Below are positions 18,738 to 28,968 of a DNA stretch of 64,000 bases, piece by piece. This DNA is from an uncultured Gammaproteobacteria bacterium. Its GTDB lineage: Bacteria > Cyanobacteriota > Vampirovibrionia > LMEP-6097. Numbering within the stretch: position 1 is the first letter of the stretch; every line of letters starts with the position of its first letter. The translations under genes were made by a program, and so were the position numbers. The notes under the pieces are model-generated. The model searched no databases. It worked only from the letters and a program-made list of their open reading frames with translations, and was not told the DNA's origin. The stretch spans positions 16,281 through 80,280 of the forward strand of contig CAZKFA010000001.1 in the NCBI GenBank assembly GCA_964551925.1, given 5' to 3'.

Positions 18738-20645
18738 ATGGATTTGCTTGATAATAATCTTGTTATTCTACCTAAGCAGGATTTTTGTTCTAAAGCTAAT
18801 TTACAACAAGAGCAATATCTGGCTCTTAAGGATTTATTTGAAATAGATCCTGAGAAGTTTTGGCGAAGTCTTGCGACATCAGAATTATTATGGTCTAAAC
18901 AATTTACTAAGATCTTTAACTATAAGGATAAGCCTTTCTTTGAGTGGTTTGCTGATGGTCAGATCAATATATCTTATAATTGTATTGATCGTCATCTGCA
19001 AGAGCGTGGAGCTAAAACTGCAATTATATTTGAAGATGAGCGTGGTAATAATCAATCACTGAGCTATTTTGAATTACATAAGCAAGTTTGTCGGACTGCT
19101 AATATGCTTAAGAACCTAGGCGTAGTGAAGGGTGATGTAGTTTGTATTTATTTGCCATTATGCCCAGAGGCTATTGTTGCTATGCATGCCTGTAATCGAA
19201 TAGGAGCTATTCATACAGTGGTCTTTGCAGGTTTCTCAGCTCAAGCTCTTGAAGATCGGATTCTTGACTGTCAAGCAAAGATTGTGATTACCGCTAATGG
19301 GTTTATTCGTAAAAACAATATAGTGCCTCTACTAGAGACTGTGCTTAAAGCTTGTCAGGGACTTGAGCTTGTTAGCAATATTGTTTCCCTAAAGAAGATT
19401 CCTGATCTTGATGTCCCACTTGATCCTCGTATTCAATGTTGGCAAGAATTACTGGGTGAAGCAGAAGATGATTGTGATCCTGAACTAAATAATTCTGAAG
19501 ATCCTAGTTTTATTCTTTATACAAGTGGTAGTACCGGTAAGCCTAAGGGTATCAAGCACAGTACCGCAGGCTATCTATTATGGGCGCATTTGACTAGCAA
19601 GTGGGTTTTTGACTTAAGTCAAAAAGATATTTTCTGGTGTACGGCGGACATCGGCTGGATCACAGGGCACAGCTACGTTGCTTATGGACCTTTATCAAAC
19701 GGCGCCACTATATTTATTTATGAAGGTGCTCCAGATATACCAGATCAATCTAGATTCTGGTCATTAATTGACAAATATAAAATTACAATTTTCTATACAG
19801 CACCAACAGCGATCAGAACCTTTATGCAGTGGGGTTTGGAGCATGTTAAAAATTATAGTCTTAAGAGCTTGAGGTTGCTTGGTAGTGTTGGTGAGCCAAT
19901 TAATCCTACTGCTTGGTTGTGGTTCTATGAACATATAGGTAAGTCTCGCTGTCCCATTGTTGATACCTGGTGGCAGACAGAGACTGGTGCTATTGTTGTT
20001 ACGACGCTGCCGGGGATTCATGCTATGAAACCAGGCTCTGCTGGACTGGCTTTGCCGGGAGTTACTGTGAATGTTAATCCTGAAGGACTGTTGTATATCC
20101 AAGATCCTATTCCATCTATGGCAAGAACTATTCATAATGATGATAGTCGTTATGTCGAAACTTATTGGTCACAAATTCCTGGGCATTATACTGCTGGTGA
20201 TGCTGCGACTAAAGATTCTAATGGTTATATCACTATCTCTGGTAGAGTCGATGATGTGATTAATGTATCTGGTCATAGACTTGGTACGGCTGAAATCGAG
20301 TCAGCACTTGTGTCTCATGATTTAGTCTCTGAGGCTGCCGTGGTTGCTATACCTCATGAGATCAAGGGAGAAGCTGTCGTTGCCTTCGTTGTTACTAATA
20401 CTAATGAACTGCCTAGTGATATTGAAGAAATATTAAAAGACCAAGTAAAACAAAGCATAGGGGCGCTCGCGAGACCTGAGCAAATAATTATTTGTAAGGG
20501 TCTGCCTAAAACCCGCTCTGGTAAAATAGTACGTCGCTTGCTTAAAGATATTGCCTTGGGCAAAGAGCCTAGAGGAGATATTAGTACATTAGAGAATAAG
20601 AGTATTTTGGAAGAAATTTATAAAGCCTTAGAAAACAATCTATGA
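18738..20645 (+). CDS. acs: Acetyl-CoA synthetase
   Basis: YTSGSTGKPKG, DTWWQTETG, GRVDDVINVSGHRLG, PKTRSGK. Confidence 0.95.
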   Translation: MDLLDNNLVILPKQDFCSKANLQQEQYLALKDLFEIDPEKFWRSLATSELLWSKQFTKIFNYKDKPFFEWFADGQINISYNCIDRHLQERGAKTAIIFEDERGNNQSLSYFELHKQVCRTANMLKNLGVVKGDVVCIYLPLCPEAIVAMHACNRIGAIHTVVFAGFSAQALEDRILDCQAKIVITANGFIRKNNIVPLLETVLKACQGLELVSNIVSLKKIPDLDVPLDPRIQCWQELLGEAEDDCDPELNNSEDPSFILYTSGSTGKPKGIKHSTAGYLLWAHLTSKWVFDLSQKDIFWCTADIGWITGHSYVAYGPLSNGATIFIYEGAPDIPDQSRFWSLIDKYKITIFYTAPTAIRTFMQWGLEHVKNYSLKSLRLLGSVGEPINPTAWLWFYEHIGKSRCPIVDTWWQTETGAIVVTTLPGIHAMKPGSAGLALPGVTVNVNPEGLLYIQDPIPSMARTIHNDDSRYVETYWSQIPGHYTAGDAATKDSNGYITISGRVDDVINVSGHRLGTAEIESALVSHDLVSEAAVVAIPHEIKGEAVVAFVVTNTNELPSDIEEILKDQVKQSIGALARPEQIIICKGLPKTRSGKIVRRLLKDIALGKEPRGDISTLENKSILEEIYKALENNL

Positions 20646-21988
20646 GCGCCTTCGCGCTGTAAGTAAGCATCAAAACAACTTGCAATGTTACGCACAAAGA
20701 ACCTGCCAAGTTCAGTAACTTGTAATATCAAAGTATCATTAGTCTCACTAATATCAAGCAAAGCATCATCAACAAAGCATTGTAATAAAGCAAGCTCTTG
20801 AGCAAAATGTTTCTTATTAATCTCAACGTAGTTGTTGCACATAATTTGCTTAATCACCTCACGGCGTAGCTGATCATCAACACTAGAAATCTTGAATTTT
20901 TCCGCTTGCAAAAAATCATCATAGTAATCATTTAATTTCTTCGGGCTCTGCTTATAGACACCTTGGACATCAGAGATAGAAGTAATCCCAAAGCCAAACA
21001 AATCAATACCAGAGTGCGTGGTATAGCCCTGAAAATTACGATAAAGTGTTTTGCTTTTTTGCGCCAAGCTGAGGCTGTCATTGGGCTTAGCGAAGTGATC
21101 TAAGCCTATAAAATCATAACCAAAGTTACAAAACTCATCAACTGCTTTATCGAAAATTGCAAGCTTGGTCTTTTGATCAGGTAAGCTGTCATCTTTGATA
21201 TATTTACGCTGAAAAGGGAGCAGGCTTGGTAAGTGAGCATAGTTGAATAAAGCTATGCGTTCTGGGTTTAATTGTTTTATATCTTCAATGGTGCTGGTAA
21301 ATGTTTCTAAAGTTTGAAAAGGCAAGCCATAAATTAGATCAAAGTTAATACTGGTGAAACCTATATCACGAGCGCTTTGTACTAAGCTTGCGACCGAATC
21401 ATAACTTTGGATACGATTAATAGCCTCTTGAGTTTGTGGATTGAAATCCTGAATGCCCATACTTAAGCGATTGAAGCCTAGTTCATGAAGAACCTCTAAG
21501 TGCTCTCGGTGAGTGACTCTGGGATCTATTTCAATAGCATATTCATGCCTTGCATCTGGGAGCTTTTCAAAGGGACTCTGCTTTTGATACAAACCAAAAT
21601 TCTCTCTGATACAAGAATATAAATCATCTATCTGTTCTGGTGTCAGGAAAGTTGGCGTACCGCCACCCCAAGCCATTTGTACAACTTTACGTTCAGGATT
21701 AATTAATTGTCCGTAGTACTCTAATTCTCTTTTGAGTTGATCTAAATATTTCTGCTCAATGCCATGCTCTGGACTAATAACCACATTACAAGCACAGTAA
21801 TAACACTGAGCCTCACAAAAAGGAATATGAAGATATAAAGAATAATCCTGCTGGCTTAAATTAGAACGCTTAATAGCATCATGAAAAATATCCAAATCAA
21901 ATTTGTCTTTCCATTCTGGGGCAGTTGGATAACTGGTGTAACGGGGTACAGCCTGTCCATATTTGTTGATTAGAGAGTTTAAGCTCAT
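20618..21988 (-). CDS. hemN: Oxygen-independent coproporphyrinogen III oxidase
   Basis: PRYTSYPTA, HIPFC...CYYCAC, GGGTP, GLDHFA, RNFQGY. Confidence 0.95.
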   Translation of the reverse strand: MSLNSLINKYGQAVPRYTSYPTAPEWKDKFDLDIFHDAIKRSNLSQQDYSLYLHIPFCEAQCYYCACNVVISPEHGIEQKYLDQLKRELEYYGQLINPERKVVQMAWGGGTPTFLTPEQIDDLYSCIRENFGLYQKQSPFEKLPDARHEYAIEIDPRVTHREHLEVLHELGFNRLSMGIQDFNPQTQEAINRIQSYDSVASLVQSARDIGFTSINFDLIYGLPFQTLETFTSTIEDIKQLNPERIALFNYAHLPSLLPFQRKYIKDDSLPDQKTKLAIFDKAVDEFCNFGYDFIGLDHFAKPNDSLSLAQKSKTLYRNFQGYTTHSGIDLFGFGITSISDVQGVYKQSPKKLNDYYDDFLQAEKFKISSVDDQLRREVIKQIMCNNYVEINKKHFAQELALLQCFVDDALLDISETNDTLILQVTELGRFFVRNIASCFDAYLQREGAHRLFSKAL

Positions 21989-22033
21989 CTATTATAATTT
22001 TAGCAGACTAGTATAGTAAACCAAAGTAGCTTC

Positions 22034-23146
22034 TCAATTCGTTTCTGCCTTACTATACACTGTATAATAATCTGCTACTAACATTAAAGATCCAGTGATA
22101 ATAACTAAATCATCAGCTATTCTAAGTCTCTCAGCTAACTCAAAGGCAGAACTACTGTTCTTGGTTGCATGGATATTAACTAGCCCTTGTATCTGAAGCT
22201 CTGAGATCAAATCCTTGGCTTTAGTTGAGCGGTTGGAATTTAATTCTGTGCAAATAACTATATCTCTATCCTTCTTAATGAGATTATGAAATAAAGCGGC
22301 TAAGCATCGTTTGTAGTCTTTATCTAGAAAGGCAAGAACAAAGATTTTTCTTGATTGTTTGTTTAAGGATTGTAGATATTGATTTAACTTAAACATACCA
22401 GGCTCATTGTGAGCGCCGTCAATCAGAATATTGGAGTGATAAACATAGCGCCCTTTGTATCTGTCGGGGAATTGTTCTAAGGCTCTGCTACTAAGTTCCT
22501 TCCCAACCTCTATTCCAGAGAGCTTTGTGAAGATATCTGTTGCTAGTAAAAAATTTTCTCCGCTACTTGAGTTAGGGTTGTTGTTATTAGGTTTCCCTTC
22601 AAAATGTACTACCCCCTCTCGTTTGATAGCTTCCTTTTCTTTACGAATTAGTTCTATAGTATTACCGAGATATTGCATATGATCTAATCCAATATTGGTA
22701 ATAACTGTGGCTAATCGATTTCTACTTGCAATCGTGTTCGTGGCATCCCATCTGCCGCCCATACCTACTTCAAGAATGGCAATGTCAATCTTATGGCGTT
22801 TGAAATATTCAAAAGCGATTATTGTTTGTAATTCAAACTCTGTTAGTGACAGTGCTTGAAGCGCCGGGTTCTGTGATAGCTCCTGAGATAACTTAATTAG
22901 CTCTTCATCACTAATATCTTGTCCATTAATGGCAAATCTCTCGTTGAGCTTGATTAAGTGTGGGCTACTGTACTTGCCTATTTTATAATTTAGTCCTGAG
23001 TTTAGATACAGTAACTCCAGGAATGTACAAGTAGAACCTTTGCCATTAGTACCAGCAACAATTATTGACTGATAGCAATTCTGTGGACTGCCTAATAATT
23101 CAAGAGCCTTTGAGACAGCGTCAAGACTAGGATTGATCTGAGTCAT
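22034..23146 (-). CDS. folC: Folylpolyglutamate synthase/dihydrofolate synthase
   Basis: GTNGKGST, SPHL, EVGMGGRWDATN, DGAHN, TGSL. Confidence 0.93.
   Translation of the reverse strand: MTQINPSLDAVSKALELLGSPQNCYQSIIVAGTNGKGSTCTFLELLYLNSGLNYKIGKYSSPHLIKLNERFAINGQDISDEELIKLSQELSQNPALQALSLTEFELQTIIAFEYFKRHKIDIAILEVGMGGRWDATNTIASRNRLATVITNIGLDHMQYLGNTIELIRKEKEAIKREGVVHFEGKPNNNNPNSSSGENFLLATDIFTKLSGIEVGKELSSRALEQFPDRYKGRYVYHSNILIDGAHNEPGMFKLNQYLQSLNKQSRKIFVLAFLDKDYKRCLAALFHNLIKKDRDIVICTELNSNRSTKAKDLISELQIQGLVNIHATKNSSSAFELAERLRIADDLVIITGSLMLVADYYTVYSKAETN
22050..22070. repeat. TATACRSYGTATA palindrome, copy 2 (in folC 3' end)
   Basis: TTACTATACA-C-TGTATAATAA. Confidence 0.85.
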
Positions 23147-24830
23147 TGGTTGTTTCTTGTGCTTTTACAACCACTGCTTCTTTCCTTGGAGCATCACTCT
23201 CTACCAGATGAGTATTAGAGAAGGTTTTGCTGCTTGTTAAGTTGTCAGTTTTGTTTTCAGCATCAGGAGTTTTTGCTTGTTCTTCATTGTTAGGGAATGG
23301 ACCGCGACGTTGATTATTATTTCTATTATTGTAACGATTTGGTCTATTGCGATTATTGTTACGTCTATCACCGCCACGATCTTGTCTATCATTGCGTTCT
23401 GGTCTATCGCCGCGATCTTGTCTATCATTGCGCTCTGGTCTATCGCCACGATCTTGTCTATCATTTCGCTCTGGTCTATCGCTACGATCTTGTCTATCAT
23501 TGCGCTCTGGTCTATCGCTACGATCTTGTCTATCATTGCGCTCTGGTCTATCACCACGATCTTGTCTGTCATTACGCTGGAAGCTTCTGTTGTGATTGTT
23601 TGGTCTGCGCTGTCCTTGTGAACGATGAGAATCATCATGCTTTAGGTTGAACAGTAAGCCAGTACCGCTACAGTGCTGACAACTCGTTCCAAAAATTTCT
23701 GATAAAGATTGCCCTGAGCGTTTGCGAGTAATTTCTGCTAGACACAGATCAGACAACTGTCCAACTTGTGGTTTAGCTTTGTCAGAGCGCACCGCTGCTT
23801 CAAGTGTTTCCATTACGACAATACGATCAGCTCTTTCTGCCATATCAATAAAGTCGATAATTATCATTCCACCAATGTTACGTAAACGCATTTGGCGAGC
23901 TATTTCTACAGCTGCTTCCATATTTGTACGTCTTACAGTTTCGCGTAAGGTTGTACTACTGGTGAATTTACCTGAGTTAATATCGATTGCAGTTAAAGCT
24001 TCCATTCCTTGGATAACGATATAACCACCACTTGGTAGGTTAACTCTGTTAGAAAGGCAGTTGCGCAATTCTTTAAGAACGTCAGTGCGAACCAAAATTT
24101 CGTTATTATCTACGTGAGAAATAGTTACTTCTCTACCAGTCCAGCTCTTAAGGAACTCTTGGCAACGGTATTTTGATTGCATGCTACCCACAACTATCTC
24201 GTCGATTGAGCTATTGAAATAGTCGCGCAAAGTTGTATACAAGAAATCTTGTTCTTTATAAACAGGACCACAATGCTCACTGCGTTCATATTTATCTACA
24301 GTATTTTTCCACTTCTCCCAGATGCCCAAGAAGTCTTCTTCAAGCTCCTCTTGACTGCGTCCTGAAGCTTCTGTTCTGATAACAACACCAAGTTCTTCTG
24401 GTTTCATTAGATTAGTGATTGAGCGTAAACGATCACGCTCCGCATTCTCTTGAATTCTTCTGCTGATAGCAATTGTGTTGTTATCAGTGGTTAGTACATA
24501 GTATCTGCCTGGTACGCTGATCGCTAGATTAACTCTAGGACCTTTGTTACCTGTTGGTTCTTTTACGATTTGTACTAGTAGTCTCTGACCGGGTTTTAGC
24601 CTTTCGTAGAGTGTGCCGCGTCCTGGGATATCGTTGGCATGTAAGAATCCCATTTGACCTTCTTCGAGTCTGACGAAGACTGCATTAATTGAAGGCATGA
24701 TATTTTCAACTTGTACTGAATAAATATCTCCTACGCTGTAATCGTTCCTTGAAATGATGAAGTCTAGTGCCTTACCATCTTCAATCAAAGCTCCTATATT
24801 GTCTTGTTCTGAAATAACTAATTGTCGCAT
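23127..24830 (-). CDS. rne: Ribonuclease E/G family with R/D-rich disordered C-terminus
   Basis: S1 domain, KEPTGNKGPR, AIDINSGK, RLRNIGGMIIIDFIDM, C..C.G.G zinc link. Confidence 0.9.
   Translation of the reverse strand: MRQLVISEQDNIGALIEDGKALDFIISRNDYSVGDIYSVQVENIMPSINAVFVRLEEGQMGFLHANDIPGRGTLYERLKPGQRLLVQIVKEPTGNKGPRVNLAISVPGRYYVLTTDNNTIAISRRIQENAERDRLRSITNLMKPEELGVVIRTEASGRSQEELEEDFLGIWEKWKNTVDKYERSEHCGPVYKEQDFLYTTLRDYFNSSIDEIVVGSMQSKYRCQEFLKSWTGREVTISHVDNNEILVRTDVLKELRNCLSNRVNLPSGGYIVIQGMEALTAIDINSGKFTSSTTLRETVRRTNMEAAVEIARQMRLRNIGGMIIIDFIDMAERADRIVVMETLEAAVRSDKAKPQVGQLSDLCLAEITRKRSGQSLSEIFGTSCQHCSGTGLLFNLKHDDSHRSQGQRRPNNHNRSFQRNDRQDRGDRPERNDRQDRSDRPERNDRQDRSDRPERNDRQDRGDRPERNDRQDRGDRPERNDRQDRGGDRRNNNRNRPNRYNNRNNNQRRGPFPNNEEQAKTPDAENKTDNLTSSKTFSNTHLVESDAPRKEAVVVKAQETTNDSDQS
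23364..23577 (-). repeat. 36-bp coding tandem repeat (~5.5-6 copies), RNDRQDR[G/S]DRPE
   Basis: Unit TCTATCATTGCGCTCTGGTCTATCGCTACGATCTTG (plus strand) repeated with few changes. Confidence 0.9.
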
Positions 24831-24868
24831 TTTATAATTCTCCTAATTGTGTCACGAAAGCTGTTTAG

Positions 24869-27643
24869 CTAGTGCGTTTGCGCAGCTAACACTGTTGAGG
24901 TTTTTGAAATTTGCCAAAACTTTTGAGGCATTAAAGCATTTAAAACTTCATCTGGTCTTTGAGTACCATTTAGAGTCATTTCAACTAAATCCGGTTCTAA
25001 AAATTTCATTCTTATAATCTGATCCCGAATATTCTTGACACTTGCTTTGCCTTTGCTTGATTTGGTAATTTCTATTGTTGTTTGAGTAAGGAACTCATCA
25101 ATTCGCTCTTGACTTAATTGTATTAGTTTAGAATCATTTGCAAATATTTGACTTGGACCGCATGAGGGCTTGTTAAAACTTATTAACTTAGCTTGAAAAT
25201 TGGTTTCAAGTACATGGTTGATTGACGAGTACGTCTCAACAACGTCTACCACTTCTGTGATTCTAGCTTGTTTTGGCAATTCTTTGTTTAAAATTTCTTT
25301 TAATGTCTCTAAATTAACAAAAACTTCAGCTAGTTCTAATATTATATATTCCCCAAAACTCTCAATAAATAACCCTAATGCTGGTCCCCAGCTTATTTTA
25401 ATTCGTTGATTGAAGCCATTTGTAAATACAACTGGAAGCCCAGAACGCCTTAGAGCATGCTCAAAAAGCCTCTGAAAATCAAGATGACTGATAAAACGCA
25501 AATCTCCAATCTTAGTGATTTTTAATCTTACTTTTTGTTTGGTTGCAGTATTCTTGCCTACGGGCTCTGGGCTAACCTTAGGAATGGCGATATTGATATC
25601 TTGATCTCGTCCTTTGATTATATCTTCTTGGTTAAGACTGCTCGCGCAAATAATTTGTCTTTTATCTCGGCTGATTTCATCAACAAAAGGATTATGATCA
25701 GACAGATCTTTACTGACTAAATTTTTGACGTCAAGATTAAAGCAAACTCCACAGGCATGACATTTATTTTCTGTGCAAGCCAGAGTTTCTTTCATATCAA
25801 TAGCGGCTTGCCATTCCCGCACTAAGAACTCATCAGTGAATCCAATACTTAATACATCCCATGGTTGTTTAGAACCAGGTTCTCTGTGGCGCATTGCTTC
25901 ATGATCTAAATCTAAATTAAATTTAGCCGCTGACTCTTTCCATCGATTGATATCGAAGTGTTCATTCCATGACTGTAATCGGCTCCCAGATTGCCAAAGA
26001 TCGAGTAGTACTTTTGACCAACTGCGATCTGCTCTTGAAAGTACACTCTCGATCAAAGCTAATTCTGGTTCAGTACAGTTTAATTTGACTGCGCGAGTAA
26101 GTCCGCGTTCTCTTAATCCATCTTTAAGATATTTTTGTTTGCGCTTGAATTCTTCTACACTGCATTGACTAAACCACTGGAAAGCAGTGAAAGTTTTTGG
26201 TATAAAAGTCGAAATGGTGCAAGTGATATCAAGTGGCTTTAAATGCAATTCTGGATTGAGTTTGCGGCTTTGCTTTGACATGTTGATTGCCCAAGAAAGT
26301 ATATCCAAGATACCATCAAGATCAGAATCTTCCTCAAAAGGTAAGCCAATCATAAAATATAACTTGATATGAGACCAACCAGTTTCGTAACTACCTTTGA
26401 TTGTTTTGTGGATTTGTTCTTGATTCAGACCTTTATTGATGATTTTACGCATGCGCTCTGTACCAGCTTCTGGAGCAAAGGTCATGCCTGATTTGCGAGT
26501 CTGACTGATCTCTGCTGCTAAGCCAAGATTAAAACGATCTACTCGTTGTGATGGCATCGAAAGTGAGACACCATTTTGAGAGTGTACTTCATTAATGGCC
26601 TTGGCTGTTTCGGTTAAGCAAGTATAGTCACTAGCGGATAACGACAATAGAGTAAAATCTTCGTAGCCCGATTTGCGAGCAGATTCTTCACTGAGGCGCA
26701 ATAGATCTTCTGGACTGCGCTCTCTGACAGGTAAGTAAGTGTATCCTACTTGGCAGAAACGACAGCCTCTGTCGCAACCACGACGAATTTCTAATACTTG
26801 TTTGTCTTGGACTGTTTTTATATTAGGAATAGGACCACTCACTGGTTGGTTGAAGTCTGTAAGATTTTGAGTAACGCGTTTGAGTACAGGAAATGGTACT
26901 GCGGTAATTGGCTTCGGGATGCCGTCGACATCAGGTTTATAAAACCTTGGCACGTATATCCCTTGTAGCTGTGCTAAATCAAATAAAATCTTCTCGCGTA
27001 ATTCTTGGGATAACTGAGCTTTAAGTGGATAATTTTTTAGGCTAGAAGTATCATTAACATTGAGTTCTGGGTGAGCCCTCAGAAATTGGCGTTTGGACTC
27101 TAACATAGAGTCTTGCACTTCTGTAATTAATTCTTCGCCATCACCAATAATATAGAAATCAAAAAACTCAGCCATTGGTTCAGGATTGAATACCGCTGGA
27201 CCACCAGCGAAAATCAATGGAGAAGAGTGATCGCGATCTTTGGAGTAAAAAGGGATCTTTGGTAAATCCAAAATAGTAAAAATATTTATATAACAAAGTT
27301 CATAAGCTAAAGAGAAGCCAAGTAAATCAAAATCATTTAATGAGCGATTAGATTCCCAACCCCAAAGTGGCAGATCCTGATCGCGTAGAAGCTGCTCCAT
27401 GTCTGACATTGGGGCATAAGCCCTATCACACAAATAATCAGGGTGTTGATTGACAATGTTATAAAGAATCTTTAGTCCAAAGTTTGACATGCCTAGCTCA
27501 TAGAGATCAGGGTAGATTAATGCCATGCGTGACTTGGCTGAATCCCAGTCCTTGTGATAGGTACCATGCTCGTTACCAAGATATTGACCGGGCTTCTCGA
27601 CTTGTGGTAGTAATTCTGTTCTTAGTTTTTCGAGGATAGACAT
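24869..27643 (-). CDS. B12-binding-type radical SAM protein (TIGR03960-like) fused to DUF2344
   Basis: YPDLYELGMSN, RGCDRGCRFCQ, FAPEAG, KLYFMIGLP; C-terminal K.GDLRFISHLD. Confidence 0.9.
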   Translation of the reverse strand: MSILEKLRTELLPQVEKPGQYLGNEHGTYHKDWDSAKSRMALIYPDLYELGMSNFGLKILYNIVNQHPDYLCDRAYAPMSDMEQLLRDQDLPLWGWESNRSLNDFDLLGFSLAYELCYINIFTILDLPKIPFYSKDRDHSSPLIFAGGPAVFNPEPMAEFFDFYIIGDGEELITEVQDSMLESKRQFLRAHPELNVNDTSSLKNYPLKAQLSQELREKILFDLAQLQGIYVPRFYKPDVDGIPKPITAVPFPVLKRVTQNLTDFNQPVSGPIPNIKTVQDKQVLEIRRGCDRGCRFCQVGYTYLPVRERSPEDLLRLSEESARKSGYEDFTLLSLSASDYTCLTETAKAINEVHSQNGVSLSMPSQRVDRFNLGLAAEISQTRKSGMTFAPEAGTERMRKIINKGLNQEQIHKTIKGSYETGWSHIKLYFMIGLPFEEDSDLDGILDILSWAINMSKQSRKLNPELHLKPLDITCTISTFIPKTFTAFQWFSQCSVEEFKRKQKYLKDGLRERGLTRAVKLNCTEPELALIESVLSRADRSWSKVLLDLWQSGSRLQSWNEHFDINRWKESAAKFNLDLDHEAMRHREPGSKQPWDVLSIGFTDEFLVREWQAAIDMKETLACTENKCHACGVCFNLDVKNLVSKDLSDHNPFVDEISRDKRQIICASSLNQEDIIKGRDQDINIAIPKVSPEPVGKNTATKQKVRLKITKIGDLRFISHLDFQRLFEHALRRSGLPVVFTNGFNQRIKISWGPALGLFIESFGEYIILELAEVFVNLETLKEILNKELPKQARITEVVDVVETYSSINHVLETNFQAKLISFNKPSCGPSQIFANDSKLIQLSQERIDEFLTQTTIEITKSSKGKASVKNIRDQIIRMKFLEPDLVEMTLNGTQRPDEVLNALMPQKFWQISKTSTVLAAQTH

Positions 27644-27654
27644 TTTGAAAATTC

Positions 27655-27783
27655 TAGAATCGTAGTGAAAAGCTCCCAGATGCTAGGCTTGCGAACATCG
27701 AGCCACCGGAGTTTACTACTCGTAAATGAGGATGGCGAGAGGTGAGTATAACGACGCAGATGGGACTTTGCGCTGCGATTCTA
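27655..27783. mobile_element. 129-bp palindromic miniature element (RPE-1/MITE-like)
   Basis: Imperfect terminal inverted repeats TAGAATCGTAGTGAAAAGCTCCCA / TGGGACTTTGCGCTGCGATTCTA with TA ends; internal hairpin TTTAC-TACTC-GTAAA; fills the rpsJ to radical SAM gap. Confidence 0.7.
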
Positions 27784-28110
27784 TACTCTGACAGCGATAT
27801 CAACACCAGCTGGTAAATCTAAATCTTTAAGTGCAACGGTTGTTTCATGAGTTGGATCAAGTAAGTCGATTAAACGAGCGTGAGTTTTGATTTGAAAATG
27901 TTCACGAGACTTCTTGTCTACGTGTGGTGATCTTAGTACGCAATATCTGCGAATATTACTTGGCAAAGGAATTGGACCGCTAACTCTAGCACCAGTGCGT
28001 TCTGCGGCCTCGACGATTTGTTTAGCTGAAGCATCAAGATTTGCAGCATCATAACTTTTCAGTCTGATACGAATGCGGTTTTGTTGTTTTTTCTTTGTTT
28101 TAGTTGCCAT
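27781..28110 (-). CDS. rpsJ: 30S ribosomal protein S10
   Basis: [36 protein letters not shown]. Confidence 0.97.
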   Translation of the reverse strand: MATKTKKKQQNRIRIRLKSYDAANLDASAKQIVEAAERTGARVSGPIPLPSNIRRYCVLRSPHVDKKSREHFQIKTHARLIDLLDPTHETTVALKDLDLPAGVDIAVRV

Positions 28111-28202
28111 ACGAGTTAATAATTATAACTAGAATCAGCATTCTTTGCAGTATTTAAGCCATTCACACAAAAGAATTAATTTTACAGTGTAAAATTAATT
28201 CT

Positions 28203-28943
28203 TTAGAAGTCTAAGTCCGAATCCCCATCATCTTCAAAGAAATTCTGATTTAAGTCAGGAATATTATCCCAAGGGACTCCCTCTTCTGGATCTTGAACTT
28301 CTGGCGTTTGTGGCGCATTTTGAGGGACTTTCTCGTATTTGGCGTAAGGATTATCAGTTGCCGGTTGATAATTTTGTGGAATTTTGGGGATAATGAAGTT
28401 AGGCTCTTGATAGAGTTTGGCGTCTGCGCGTAAATCTATAGGACAAGTGGCGTTATCTTTTTCCAATAATAGGCTAATGAAATGTGCTGATTTAATGTAG
28501 GTATTGCTGATGACCTCGTTGCGATTAAAATAGTAGATTTTGCGCACGAAATGTTTATCTTCGTGAATACGATCATAAGCATTAGCTGGATCGAAATCAG
28601 CAGCCATATTGTCGAGGCGACTTTCTTTTATGGTCTCAGCTTTGTAAGAGGTAAATTTTCCAACTTCGTTTATCCAATGTATTTCTTTTACTGTAGGTCC
28701 AAGTAGTTCATCTTGTTGTAACATTACTGCTACAAATACCTCACCATAAGGGATGTAAGTTACAACTTCGATTTGTGATTTGCCCCAAGGGCAATCGACC
28801 ATAGATTGAATGGTAAATTCTTCATTGATATGTAATGGTTGTTTAGTTTCTGATTCGGATTTTTTCTTTGACTTAAATATAGATAGAGCTTGCGCTGGGT
28901 TTGAGAAATATAAAAGAGTAGCCAATAGCAAAATACGTAGCAT
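28203..28943 (-). CDS. Hypothetical secreted protein
   Basis: Signal peptide ending in AQA; acidic C-tail. Confidence 0.7.
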   Translation of the reverse strand: MLRILLLATLLYFSNPAQALSIFKSKKKSESETKQPLHINEEFTIQSMVDCPWGKSQIEVVTYIPYGEVFVAVMLQQDELLGPTVKEIHWINEVGKFTSYKAETIKESRLDNMAADFDPANAYDRIHEDKHFVRKIYYFNRNEVISNTYIKSAHFISLLLEKDNATCPIDLRADAKLYQEPNFIIPKIPQNYQPATDNPYAKYEKVPQNAPQTPEVQDPEEGVPWDNIPDLNQNFFEDDGDSDLDF

Positions 28944-28968
28944 TCACATTATTATACCAATGGCAAGT

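Noticed and set aside
23364-23577. 36-bp repeats as a CRISPR array
   Set aside because: The units are contiguous with no spacers, lie in frame in a gene, and no cas genes are present.
23237-23650. Several overlapping alternative-frame ORFs with repetitive sequence
   Set aside because: They are shadows of the 36-bp coding repeat in RNase E/G.
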